DNA from: Raja brachyura
Taxonomy: Eukaryota
Assembly (NCBI GenBank): GCA_963514005.1
Contig: OY740818.1
Location: 21,390,001 to 21,454,000 of the forward strand
DNA length: 64,000 bases
Direction: 5' to 3'
Both the position numbers and the translations under genes were made by a program. The notes below the pieces were generated by a model. That model saw only the letters and a list, made by a program, of their open reading frames with translations, had not been told where the DNA came from and made no database searches. Positions 1-12,277 of this stretch are shown here, in pieces; positions within the stretch are counted from its first letter, which is position 1, and each line of letters starts with the position of its first letter.

Positions 1-211
1 CATGAAATTCAGCAGAAATAAAATGGGCTTGGTTGGACAAAACTGGATCTTAAAAAACAAAATAAGATTCAAATCCCCCATGGTTTCTCAATCTTGAGAT
101 GTCGGTCTCAACTTCACTTTCCCAATAACCACCGACTCCCCCATAGTCAAAAATCTATCCATCTCCACCTTAAATATATTCACAGCTTCTCCCTCCTAAG
201 GTACTAAATTC

Positions 212-545
212 TAGGAGCAGAATTAGGCCATTCGGCCCATCAAGTCTACTCCACCATTCAATCATGCCTGATCTATCTTTCCCTCCCAACCCCATTCTCC
301 TGCCACCTCCGCATAACCCCTGACACCCGTACAAATCAGGAATCTGCCAATCTCTGCCTTAAAAATATCCATTCATTTGGCCTCCACAATCGTCTGTGGC
401 AATGAAGTCCGCAGATTCACCACCCTCGACTAAAGAAATTCCTCATCTCCTTTCAGTAGGTACGTCCTTATATTTTGAGGCTGCGTCCTCTGGTCCTAGA
501 CTCTCCCTATAGTGGAAACACCCTCTCCAAATTCACTCTACCTAG
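212..545 (-). mobile_element. CR1-clade (HER1-like) LINE 3' fragment
   Basis: Reverse complement of the recurring 3' end (gggccgaatggcctaattctgctccta) plus decayed RT C-terminal sequence. Confidence 0.85.
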
Positions 546-734
546 CTCTCGGGAGGAAGGGAATTACAGACAGCCATGACTTTAGGAAAGATGAAATTCT
601 TCGTCATTTCTGTCTTGAATTGGAAACCCTTTTATCCTGAATCTCTCAATGCAGCTCAGGATTATTGGGGAAACCTGCAAAACAATGTACTGCTACTCTT
701 CCCAGAAATGACTGGAAGTCTCCCCAAATTTAGC

Positions 735-1340
735 TATTTACAACGGAGACGAGGAAACACTTTTTCACACAGAGAGTTGTAAGTTTGTGGAATTCTCTGC
801 CTCAGAGAAAACTCTGATTTAAAACCTCCACTGCCTTGTGGCCATATCCAGTCATGGAAAAGGCTCCTGGAGGAAACCACAAGAAAATCCGGAGTCGGAG
901 CCCCTAAGGCAGTTCGTCGTTGTCTACAACCTCGCTCTGGCAGCTCCTGCGACGGCACTGGTGCCAAACTGTAACGGCCCTGCTGTTCCTTTGGATCGAT
1001 CAGCGACGTGGAGAGGGGGGACGTGCTGCATGGGCAACAGCCTGTCCTCCATATTACATCGCCCAGGCTTGCATCCGACCACACATCACCTGCAAACTAG
1101 GATGCATCACCCATGGTCAGTCATGACCGAGGGGGGCCTACTGAAGAGGGCGGTGGAGGCTGGTTCTCTGGATGCTTTCAAGAGAGAGCTGGATAGGGCT
1201 CTTAAAGATAGCGGAGTCAGGGGATATGAGGAGAAGGCAGGAACGGGGTACTGATTGGGGATGATCAGCCATGATCACATTGAATGGTGGTGCTAGCTCG
1301 AAGGGCCGAATGGCCTACTCCTGCACCTATTGTCTATTGT
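735..1340 (+). mobile_element. CR1-clade LINE 3' fragment split by a ~335-bp insertion
   Basis: ttcacacagagagttgt...ctgcctcagag at 735-807 resumes as agagggcggtggaggc...attgtctattgtc at ~1145-1340. Confidence 0.85.
808..1143 (+). mobile_element. Nested insertion, probably a non-autonomous RTE-derived element
   Basis: Interrupts a continuous CR1 sequence. Its start (gaaaactctgatttaaaacctcc) and end (ccatggtcagtcatgaccgagggggcctact) resemble RTE 5' UTR and 3' tail from recall. Confidence 0.5.
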
Positions 1341-1430
1341 CACACACAATGGTCAAACTGCCACCCTGTTAGATGTGGGTGGCATGAGATTGGAGAGTGT
1401 TGTCGCTCAAGTGGACTTTGTGATACCCAC

Positions 1431-1554
1431 CAGAATGACCTTCTCCATTTGTTTGGCTGGACACCAGTGAAACATCCCGGTGGAGTCGTATTTCTTCACG
1501 CTGGCGTCTTTCTCTTCGATCTGATCGTTCCCCGGGAGCGACAGCGGATCGTGT
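1431..1554 (-). CDS. kcnma1: KCNMA1 constitutive exon, 124 nt: (R)[41 protein letters not shown]
   Basis: Acceptor tcatctccttgtctctgcag, donor CTG|gtgggt, phase 2 in and 0 out. Matches Slo1 [31 protein letters not shown]. This frame is absent from the ORF track. Confidence 0.97.
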
Positions 1555-4500
1555 CTGCAGAGACAAGGAGATGACCATCAACCTGACACCTTGGCCTCAG
1601 CATTAGCGACCGGCTACATCCAGCCTGCCAGTGCCAGTTGTTTAATTTACGAGCACTCCGACAACGCCGGCGCTTAGCCTAGACATCACCCCACCCCCAA
1701 CCCCCAAAAAGGAAATACATGATGAAAGGGCTCACAGTAACTGCTGCAATGAGGTGAAATTGAGACAGAACCGCGCGCTGGCTGAGTGGCAAGAAGATGA
1801 AAAGCCAATTATAGGCTTTTACCGTATACAACTTCCGAAGCTGCTCTCCGAGCAATAAAAGCTTTAACAGGGTACACTTGATATATTTTAGCAATTTTTC
1901 CCCCATCATATTTTGCTTTTTTTCAAAACTTGAAGCCATTAATGTTTCAGAGGATGTCAGCTCAGAGCAGATTGATTAATTTACATGTGTATCGTGAGCA
2001 GATCATTTTTTCTCCTGAAGAACACTGAATGTAAAAGTGGTCCTTACCAGCTGCCACCTGGCCATCAATGCCTGCACTTCTAACATTTCACTGCATTCTG
2101 CACATCCATCAGTGGGCGGCAGCTGTCATCTGAGACTCGGTCTTGAATAGTCAGCAATAAACACCCCATTTCATTCTGACCCAGCTAAATCTCCGCCAGA
2201 ATCCCCATTACATCGGATTCCAGCACTTACAAGGCAATTACGTCAATGGCACACCTTCCCTTTAAACTATACAAGTTGCACTTAAGAAACGCTGGAAGAA
2301 TTTCTAGCTGTGAGATAAATAAATCAGGGGACGTTTTTGAGAAATGCGATTAATTCTAAAGCATTTCATTTCAAAATTCCCACTAATATTCTCTTTCATT
2401 TAATAAACAACAATTTAAAGTATATTTACAGGCAAGGACAGGCAATAAGGAAATCAGTTCCTTTTAGCAAATAACGGATGGTTTGATAGAAAGGAGAATT
2501 GGCCAGTTTTAGCTCTGCTATTTGAGAAACCTACACAGTGTTTTCTTGACGCTGAAGCATCGTGCATGTTGTACATCTGCCCCCACCCATATAATGTTGT
2601 GAGCAGCGTGTAGAGCAGCATTCTGTGTATTTAGACTGAGATGAACGCTCCGTACATTTGAGAATTCTTACTGCATGGAATTAATCCAGGAATGGGTGAA
2701 CATGCTTCTAGAGAAGTACAGGGGTACTTTGGAGCTCTGAAAAGTTTAAAAATAAATGTTTTAACTTCCTTTGAAACAGCATTGCCATTAAAAAAAAATT
2801 ATTCTTATGGTAGTTGATACGTCCCCTTTCTCTCTCTCTCTCTGTATATATTTTGAATCTGTGTTGTAACCAGTCGTCAGGTTTTAAAGCAGAGATGGTT
2901 TCATATGACCATAGATACTTCAAAGGAAGAACCTGTTTGAAGATTGCATCCAACTGTACTAAACAATATCAGGTAGAAACTGGGGGTAATTCACTGTGAG
3001 TGCATGCTATTCAGACGCTCGCAAGCACCAGCCAACGGCAAAACCACAAATCCCAAGGACTCGCTTTGTCAGGTATGTATCTTCTGTTTCACCGCCAACT
3101 AGATGTTGCTTCCACGATTGCCTGTGATTTCAGACAACCCCGCACGTTGACGTTTATTCAGCTTCCTCCCCCACCAATCTCCTTCTCTGCGTTTGGCTCT
3201 CTCCCTCCCTCCCAACCGTCACGACAAAACATTTGTCTATTAAAATGTTCCATCGCCCTGATGCATGCGTTCGTGCACAATTGCTAATAACTGCAAAATC
3301 ATTTAGTGATTTTACACCCTGACTGAATATTTCATGATGTTCTGTGTGTTTCACGGTTTAGTCAATGGACCTCTGTCATTTCAATCTCTTCTGACGGCCT
3401 TGACTGGAGCAATAAAGCTCCGCCAAGATAGCTATCTTTCACCAACTGTCACTCACTGCCGCTTGTCACTGGCAAACGCTTGTTCAATTCCACTACTCAC
3501 AGGGAATAACTACGACATTTGTTACACCGTAATGTTCTGTTCTGATGGATTTGAGCAAATGCGTTGTGATTAATAGACCTAACATTCGCCGGCTGCAATT
3601 AAGACCAAGTATCCGATGACCAACTCCCCCCCCCCCACCCTGAAATCCATCAGAATGGTATTAATTTTGTGTGAAGAATGCTGGCTGCCATTCGTTAGAA
3701 CTTGTTATACTGAAGGCTCAGGCGGGCCTAGGCTACGTGTTCAAACTGCATTTAGCAATTCCAATGTGCTGCTGACTAGACAGAGCAGGCAAGGGACGAC
3801 TATTCCCCCTCAGTGCCACTCCGCCAGGCAATGAAAGCAGCCGGCTCTGAAATTTTCCAATCCCATCATACAATCTGACAAAGGCATGCTTTTCAAAAAC
3901 CCACATCCAAACTGTTGATCATTACTTATTTACAGAGGCCTTGAGGCATGTGTGCCTGCAAAAACCATACTTGATACAATATCTACCAGCTTATTCACCC
4001 TTGTGCAGTAAGCAACCCTTAGGCATCCTTAAACCAGCACTTAATATTGCCCATAAAACCTACCTTGTAATTGCAAAATATGTAATATTTAAGGTATAAT
4101 ATATCTGTGGGATAAGGATTTCTGAAAGCTTTGGCAACATTGTGTTCAGTAATTCTATGTTTTGCTGAGGGCTATGACTTGAAAAAGCTATGCCAAGCAT
4201 AGACGGACTGTCATCTCACTACCCAAGGGCCACTAATATAAAGGAGTACCCTAGAGCAGAAAAACTTCGGCACAGCTTTGAAGCCGAGGAGAACAGCACA
4301 ACTTGCTCCCCTAGAATTATTGCTGCATACAGATCAAAAGACCCAGCGCATATTTTACGCAGTAAACAGGGACCTTCTGTTAGTCTGTGAAATGTTTGGA
4401 GTTTCTGTAAACCCAAAGCAATTCTCGTGTAATATTGTTTCATATGTTAAGTGGATGAAGCTGTTTACTTGTCAAACATCCGTACTTTAACCCCTGACAT

Positions 4501-5061
4501 AAGGGGGGACAGAAAGCAACCAATACATCCCCCCCCCCCCCCGTCCCCCCCACCCCGTCCTCACCCCTGCCCAACCAATTATTAGACTTTGAGTCCCGCC
4601 ACCCAGCCAAAATCAATTAATGGCAATCTAATATAAATGGACAAGATAAAAGGAATGTAAAAAATGTGGGTTCCTTTCTCATCGTGACACATCTCACATA
4701 TGGCCCGAAGTACAGAAACGAGGGCTCGGAGGACTCCCTGCAAACGATGAATTGCCTGAGGGGAAGTAGCTGGATGAGTCCCTCTGATTGGTTACTGCTG
4801 TCATTAGTGCCACTGCTGTTTAAGAAGTACATGCAGACAGGATGGGGTGACAGCTAGGACTTTAAAGGCTGCGTTTTCTCTAACAGCCTTTCCTACCTCT
4901 TTCATGACAGAAATATTTCAGCTCTATCATTAACTGCTGACAAGCTGACAGAATAAATACTTCAGCCTTTAAGGATTTCTCTTTCTCTCTCTTTCTCCCT
5001 CTCTCGCTCATTCTCATTCCTTTTAGACGAGAGGTTTTTTTTTTATGCTGTCTCCTCTTAC

Positions 5062-5155
5062 CTCATCAGTTTCGGCGAACTGGTGGGTGAATTTCGCATG
5101 CCTCCGTTCCGTTGCTTTTTTTTGGGAGACAACACTGATGGGTTTTCATCTTGAA
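5062..5155 (-). CDS. kcnma1: KCNMA1 exon, 94 nt: (L/F)[30 protein letters not shown](R)
   Basis: Acceptor ctatcttccatctgtttgcag, donor GAG|gtaaga, phase 1 in and 2 out. Matches Slo1 [32 protein letters not shown]. Confidence 0.97.
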
Positions 5156-5919
5156 CTGCAAACAGATGGAAGATAGGGAGGTTAGAAGCCGTTCAGAGGC
5201 TGACACAAAATGAAAATGCAATTTTAAAAAGGAAAGCCATATTAAACCGAAAGTGACTCATTATCAAAGTTAAAGATCCCTGCACTTCAGGCAGCTCACG
5301 AGACTTGAGAATTAAAACAAAATATTAATCAAAATGTTTGAAAATGGTAATAAGGTTAAAATTATTTCAATTATGGTGCAACAAAACAAGGTAAGAAAAA
5401 TAAATATCAAAGTAATGCATGTCAAACAAAACACACACACAAAGGAAAACTGTGATTGGATTTGGCCTAAATTTGGGCGGTGGGAGTTCAAGTTCTCTCC
5501 CAACTTCTGCAAAGTCACAAGATATGTAAGATATGCAATGTGGTTACACGGTTTAGTAAAAGAGAAATCAAACCACTCGGTTTATAGGTGCGGCCATTCC
5601 AAGCCTGTCGTTTTCACGTATTGACTCCAAATGTTCGGCAATGGTGAAAGGAACTACACATGGACAGAACTTGCAGGATTTGGGGCAAAGCAAACAGGGT
5701 GGGAGAGAGGTCTGGAGGGTGGGGCCTCCCTGCATTCCAAACAACAGCTGTTAAAAAAGGTAGACACAATGTTTAACAAAGAATTTAATCCATTGAGGCA
5801 ACACCATTAATTTTGGCTGTCAACTCAAACAGAACATAAAAATATCAAGTCATCATAACTCTGTACCTCGGTATGGTACGTTGCCACACACAGATGTGGA
5901 AGCTGTCATTGAGTATTTT

Positions 5920-6760
5920 TAAAGCTGAGATCGATAGGTATTAGTATGGGTGTCAAAGGTTATGGGGAGAAGGCAGGAGAATGGTGTTGAGAGGGAAAAG
6001 CCATGATCGAAAGGCAGAACTGGCTTGATGGGCTGAATGGTCTAATTCTGCTCCTATGTCTTATGATAGCTTCAGTCTAACTGACCCTCACAGACCTGTT
6101 TCACCAGAGATCCTCTTTCTGTTCTCCATCCAGGATCCTATTGATCTTCTGGGAGCTCACATCACCATCCCATCAGATAATAAACGTCGGTTACACAAAA
6201 AGCTGGAGAAACTCAGCGGGTGCAGCAGCATCTAAGGAGCGAAGGAGATAGGCGACGTTTCGGGTTGAGACCCTTCTTCAGATAATAAACGTCCTTGTTT
6301 ATCCCAAAAATACCCTGGCCAAGAATCACAGCTGAGATTTGGAAGACATCTGACCGACTAAAATGTTTTAATTTGCAGCATAATTTGCATCAGAGTACGG
6401 GGATTTAGTTGGAATGCTTCAGGCAGATAGATGAAGCAGTCAATGTCTTCCACACAGGCCAGGGTATTTTTGGGATAAACAATGACGTCTAACGGGATGG
6501 CAATGTGAGCTCCATGAAGAGCAATAGGATCATAGATGGAGAACAGAAAGAGGATCTCTGGTGAAACAGGTCCTTGAGGGTCAGTTAGACTGAAGCTATC
6601 ATAAGTCACAGGAACTGAATTAGGCCATTCGGCCCATCAAGTCAGCTCCACCATTTGATCATGGCTGATCTATCTTTCCCTCTCAACACCATTCTCCCGC
6701 CTTCTCCCCATAACCTTCGACACCCTTACTAATTAAGAACCTATCAATCTCTGCTTTCTC
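5920..6760. repeat. Inverted duplication (arms ~5920-6320 and ~6457-6760) containing a CR1 tail plus unique sequence
   Basis: atgatagcttcagtctaactgaccctca...tttatcccaaaaataccctggcc recurs as its reverse complement ggccagggtatttttgggataaa...tgagggtcagttagactgaagctatcat. Confidence 0.9.
6189..6282 (-). mobile_element. Penelope-derived fragment with a hammerhead-like motif, flanked by a direct duplication
   Basis: Minus strand reads ctgaagaagggtctcaacccgaaacgtc (6281-6254). tcagataataaacgtc occurs at 6173-6188 and 6278-6293. Confidence 0.75.
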
Positions 6761-7079
6761 TGCAATCTCAATGACTTGGACTCCACTTCTGTCTGTGGCA
6801 ATGAATGCCAAAGGTCCACCATCATGAGAAGGGGCTAGTGGAGAAAGAGCTAATGACCGGATTCACAGAGTGTTCACAGCTCTGCACCAACCTTTCCTTG
6901 CACCATTTACTACAACATATCTTTAACCCCTTGGGCGACTGCACGAGCCCAGCCTTTTGCCCAACAGGACTGCAGAAAGAATCTACGATGCTCACCTCGA
7001 TCAATGAGCAACACAATGGCAGGAACAAAGGCAGGGATATATTGCTGCATGAAGCTACCAAACAATGGACATAGAGTCG

Positions 7080-7395
7080 ATGTGGAAAGCATGTTCCTGT
7101 AATGGGATCAGAGGGCACAGCCTCAGAATAAAAGAATGTACCTTTAGAATGGAGATGAGGAGGAATTTCTTTATCCCGAGGGTGGTGAATCTGCCACAGA
7201 TGGCTGTGGAGGACAAGTCATTGGGTATTTTTGAAGTGGAGATTAAGGTCCTTGATTGGAAAGGGCATCAAATGTTACGGGCAGAAGGCCGGAGAATGGG
7301 GTTGAGAGGGAAAAATAGATCAGCCATGATCAAATGGTGGAGTGGACTCAGTGGGCCGAATGGCCTAATTCTGCTCCTGCGTCTTATGGCCTATG
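7080..7395 (+). mobile_element. CR1-clade LINE 3' fragment
   Basis: Encodes decayed RGHSLRIK...FRMEMRRNFF..RVVN and ends in the family 3' tail. Confidence 0.85.
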
Positions 7396-7704
7396 GTCTA
7401 AGTTTGCCGATCGAAATGGGGAATAGACTGCAATATTGTTGTTCCACCAAAATGTCTGAAACAAATTGAAACCTTTGGAAAAGCTTGATATCACCACTAA
7501 CTGGTGCAAAGACCGAGTACTGAGCAACACTATTAATATATTCAATATTAATATGTGTTGTTTCTGCAGTGTACAAACTTTAATATTCTAAAACATCTAA
7601 TCACTTACAATAATGTGCTTTATTATTACTGATATATTTAGGTATTTGATAACATTTGTTAAGCTTTTTATCAATTTTATTTGCATGTGAACAACTCAAT
7701 ATGT

Positions 7705-8010
7705 CCAGAACCCAGGGGCCACAGTCTAAGAATAAAGGGGAAGCCATGTAAAACTGAGATGAGAAAAAAATGTTCACTCAGAGAGTTGTGAATTTGTGGA
7801 ATTCTCTGCCACAGAAGGCAGTAGAGGCCAATTCACTGGTTGAATTAAAAAATGAGTTAGATAGAGCTCTTGGGTCTAGTAGAATCAAGGGATATGGGGA
7901 GGAGGCAGGCACGGGTTATTGATAGCGGACGATCAGCCATGATCACAATGAATGGCGGTATTGGCTCTAAGAGCTGATTGGCCTCCTCCTGCACCTATTC
8001 TCTATGTTTC
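7705..8010 (+). mobile_element. CR1-clade LINE 3' fragment
   Basis: ccacagtctaagaataaagggg...cagccatgatcacaatgaatggcgg...tctatgtttc. Confidence 0.85.
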
Positions 8011-8329
8011 ATCCAGAACATAATTAGCATGAGATTAGTTTCTATTGGAATATGCCCTTACTTAGAACTGTTCTAGAGGAAAGACCAATGGGTACAAATG
8101 AAATTGGGGTAGGAGATGGCCATTCAACACCTGAGCACCGAATCCACTATTCAATGTCAAGGCTGGTTGCTATTGGAGCCTAATGACCTAGTTCCCAAAC
8201 CTTCTGGTCAAGTTCAGCTTTGACTACACGCAACAGTACACCATCCACAACCCTCCAAGGAGAAAATTCCAATCATTTACAAGTGAAAATATCCCTCATC
8301 TCCTTCGTACATTGTGGACCCCTATTCAA

Positions 8330-8531
8330 TAGACAATGGACAATAGACAATAGGTGCAGGAGTAGGCCATTCAGCCCTTCGAGCCAGCACTGCCATTTAA
8401 TGTGATCATGGCTGATCATCCACAATCAGTACCCCGTTCCTGCCTTCTCCCCATATCCCCGGACTCCGCTATTTTTAAGAGCCCTATCTAGCTCTCTCTT
8501 GAAAGCATCCAGAGAACCGGCCTCCACCGCC
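8330..8531 (-). mobile_element. CR1-clade LINE 3' fragment
   Basis: Near-identical reverse complement of 1146-1340 (AVEAGSLDAFKRELDRALK). Confidence 0.9.
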
Positions 8532-9330
8532 CACCCGAAACATGTCTGAGTTGCTTCAGCTGGGAGAATCATCTGTTGTGATGAGCCTCTGAAGAACTTG
8601 TTGCATTTCGGCGAGATCAACTTTCATCATGAATTCAAGAGAACACTGGGCTGATCCGATTAATCCCCCCTCAATCACAGCAACATCAGTCGGAAAGAAA
8701 ATAACTAATGGGCTGTTAAATGGGGGCAAACTGAGCTATTGGCTGGCATGAAATGCTAAAGAGCAGACTTTTGGCTCAGGAATTCTCAACATTTTCTGGA
8801 CTATGTTTAGTTAAACTTCAAACTGTTTTAACTGGCAAGTGATAAGATGACATGATCCCCAGATAGCTATCCACAAAACCTGGAAAAGCACATTCTCCAC
8901 CTTTAGGTCTGTAATATATTACTTTAAACCGTACAGTGTTTTTATCCCCTGTGTTCACTATTGTTTTATGATTTGCTTCAGCGTTCAGTTCTTTAAGTTA
9001 AATCAGCACAAATAAGGGTTGCTCCCGTACTACAGTGGCATTGTTGGGTGCGTGACCTGATGTTCATCGAACAGCTACAGTACGCTGTCATCAATTGCCA
9101 CTGATAATTCTACACGGTGAGCGGGGAAAGGAAGACATAATCAGTGCTAAATTATTTAAGCAGTCTGTCCACACAACCGTCTGCTGGGTTTATGCAGAGT
9201 GTTCTGAAAGTGACTCGCCGAGATTTTTGCTCATTATTAACTTAAGTAAATGCCATGTATTGTATTTCAAAACACAACAGCCTTAAACTCTCAAACTCTG
9301 GAAATGGCAAGTCTTATTAAGAGCAGCCGT

Positions 9331-9574
9331 NNNNNNNNNNNNNNNNNNNNNNNNNNNNNNNNNNNNNNNNNNNNNNNNNNNNNNNNNNNNNNNNNNNNNN
9401 NNNNNNNNNNNNNNNNNNNNNNNNNNNNNNNNNNNNNNNNNNNNNNNNNNNNNNNNNNNNNNNNNNNNNNNNNNNNNNNNNNNNNNNNNNNNNNNNNNNN
9501 NNNNNNNNNNNNNNNNNNNNNNNNNNNNNNNNNNNNNNNNNNNNNNNNNNNNNNNNNNNNNNNNNNNNNNNNNN
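9331..9574. other. Assembly gap (244 N)
   Basis: Run of N. Confidence 1.
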
Positions 9575-9577
9575 CAG

Positions 9578-10035
9578 GCGTGTGCATGCGTGTCTGCATA
9601 TGCACACATGCGGGAGAGTGAGGATAGAAGTGTGATATTGCGGGAGCGTGCTCTAGAATTGTGTGTAAAAACCCGTGTCACATGAATGCGATTCTTTCAC
9701 GCGTGCACGTTCACACGCTTGCTCGTGAGAGAGTGCGCTTGTTTGCATGTGTGAGTGCATGTTTGTATCAATGTCAGTATTGTGCGTGCGTGTGTATGTT
9801 TGTGTGTTTGTGTGTGTGCATAGATGTTGGCAATATGTGTGTCATTGTGCCTGTATGTAAGCGTGTGACTGTATGCATGTCAGTTTTCTGTGTGAGTGTG
9901 TATTTTTGTGCGGGTGTGTGAGTATAGATGTTAGTGATGCATGTGTGTGTGTGTCTGTGTAAGCATCTGAGTGTATGGATGTTAGTGTTGTGTACGTGTG
10001 AGTGTGTGTGTGCCTGCTATATGTCAGTCTGTGTC
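9578..10035. repeat. Degenerate (TG)n low-complexity tract
   Basis: Imperfect TG repeats adjoining the gap. Confidence 0.9.
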
Positions 10036-10874
10036 AGTGGTCTAATACTTTGAAAGTTAATTGCATTGATTTGGCTTTGTTTTTCTCCACTGAGGCTGCT
10101 GTGAAGCAGAAACTGAGCTCAGATCACACATTCAAAGGAACGCTTCTAAGTGGACCATACTCCTGTCACCGTTTGGCAGATTTTCTATCTAAAGTGTATG
10201 TTTCTTTTTCCCACTATTGTTTGAAAGGAGGAATAAAAGGCACCCCAAACTACAATGTCACACACAGCCGTCAGTTCTGAATGTGGGCTGTAGCCAAGGA
10301 CAATCCCTGGAGGTCACAGAAAGCAACAGCGTACATTGCCAGCAACACTGGGGTCTATTGCAGTACCACCAGAGACTGCTCTCTCCACCACTCCCCTTAG
10401 ATGCTACTGGTCGTCTGCAATACTGGGGTGATTTACGGTGGGTGCGGTAAGGAAGCAGAACACACAGTGAAAACACAATCACATGCAAACTCCACACAGA
10501 TAGTGCCAGAGGTCAGTATTGAACCCGGGTCTCTGGTCCTGTGAGGCAGTAGCTCTACTAACTGAGCCACTGTAGACTGATGAGCAGAATGGAACCTAAT
10601 TTTTTTATCACTCTGTTGGGTATGGGATCTGCCAAACCTACCTGTTTGAGATCACAGCGTCTGTCTCCTGACGCACCAAACTGGTTGATCCCCAATTTAA
10701 ATGCTATGACAAATTTAACTGGAGATGGGCAACAAATGTTGCTTGTTGGCAATATCCACATCCCATCAACAATGAAGCCAATATGTTACGGACATTTTAC
10801 AACTTTTGCCGTCTACTGTAGAAAAATGCAACTTCCAGCAGATTGGATGGGCTGACTGAAAGGCTATCATAAAG

Positions 10875-11200
10875 GATGGCACAATGACGCAGGAAGCAGA
10901 GCTGCTGCCTCACAGTGTCAGAGACCCAGGGCTCGATCCTGATGCTGTCAATGTGGAGTTTGCAAGTTTTCTGCCTGTGACCACATGGGTTTCTTCTAGG
11001 TGCTCTGTTTTTTCCTCGCATGTTCCAAGGAGGTCGAGGTTTGTAGGTGAATTGGCCGTCTGTAAATGGCTCCTAGTTTGTGGGGAGTGGAAGAGAAAAT
11101 GGGATAACATAGAACTAGTGGGAATGGGTGATCAATGGGTCAGTGTGGACTCGGTATGCTGAAGGTCACGTTTCCATGCTATATAACTAAACTAAACAAA
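10875..11200 (+). mobile_element. HE1-like tRNA-derived V-SINE (diverged)
   Basis: tRNA-like head (ggcacaatgacgcag...gggctcgatcctga), V-domain tgtggagtttgca, taaac tail. Confidence 0.8.
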
Positions 11201-12277
11201 ATTTTCTGGTGATATACCAGAAGGAGCCAGACAGAGTATCTGATCTGCAGTGGGGATATCAGTGATTAGCAGATTAGATTTGGTCACAGCATCATGTATG
11301 GCACATACACTGTGGGGCAGAGGGCCTGTTCCTGTGCTATATATACTGTCCGACATTCTACTGTCCTACGTTCAAAGCCATGCAAGGGCATGCATGTAAT
11401 TCATTATCCAGGACTCTGACGAGTCAGTCAGGAGCAATTGTCATTAGTCCGGCTGTTGAGATAACAGAGCACTCACCAGCCGATGATAGCGAGGCAGTGT
11501 TTTAGAGTCTGTAATTGAATGATTGATGGCCACAAGGTCCACGTCTGCACCTTAAGCTATCTTTGAATAAACAGCGCAAAGTGATGAATTTCTTGGACCT
11601 AAATGGTGTTAAACCAGAGGGCAGTCAGAAAAACGGATTTGCCACTATTCTGCAGTTATGATAATTCCTGAATGAATGGGAAATCAACTCGTACATGAAA
11701 AGAAATCAATGTAATTCCCCTCCCCTCTTGCCACCCTAATACTCTTCCACTGGCTGAGTCTGCTCAAGGTTTGACTTTGTTGAGAGGATAAGATCTCAAT
11801 CAGTTCAGCAAATGGTGATCTTGGACTGTATGTCAAGAGGCATCACAGAGCAGAAGGTCAGGATATACCTGGTGACTTGTTCACCCATCCTTGGCTTGGG
11901 ACGGAGCTTGTCCATTGCAGCATGGTAGAGGTTAACCATCCTCGTGTCAGCAAAGCCAAGCACAGTCCTGCTCCTTGCCGCTCTACGCCAGCCTCCCGGC
12001 ACCCTAAAGCTTTATCCCCTCAATCACTCACCAATGTGACCTGTCCTCTTGCTAAGGTCAGCTCCCAATGCTGCAGCCCATATTGAAGAATCCATGCTGA
12101 AGACAGAGTGGTCACAGATAACGGGCCATCAATAATGACCCCCCCACTGCTGCACCTTGGAAACCAACTAGCAATGGCTCCCAATATCAGTCTCATGTTG
12201 GTAGCAAGGAAAGGTACTTTTCATCCTATGAGCTGATGAGAAGCCCTATTGAAACTAATAAGGTCATAACTGATCAG

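Noticed and set aside
1369-1581. ORF-track peptide [17 protein letters not shown] on the minus strand
   Set aside because: Wrong frame of the real KCNMA1 exon 1554-1431.
2048-2140. Strong donor CTG|gtaagg with an upstream open frame LPPTDGCAECSEMLEVQALMARWQL
   Set aside because: The open frame ends in phase 0 but the intron is phase 2; the compatible frame has a stop.
9250-9681. ORFs spanning X residues
   Set aside because: Artefacts of the assembly gap.
11477-11508. Exon-like unit ttacag / CTG|gtgagt
   Set aside because: 32 nt, not frame-preserving, poor pyrimidine tract.
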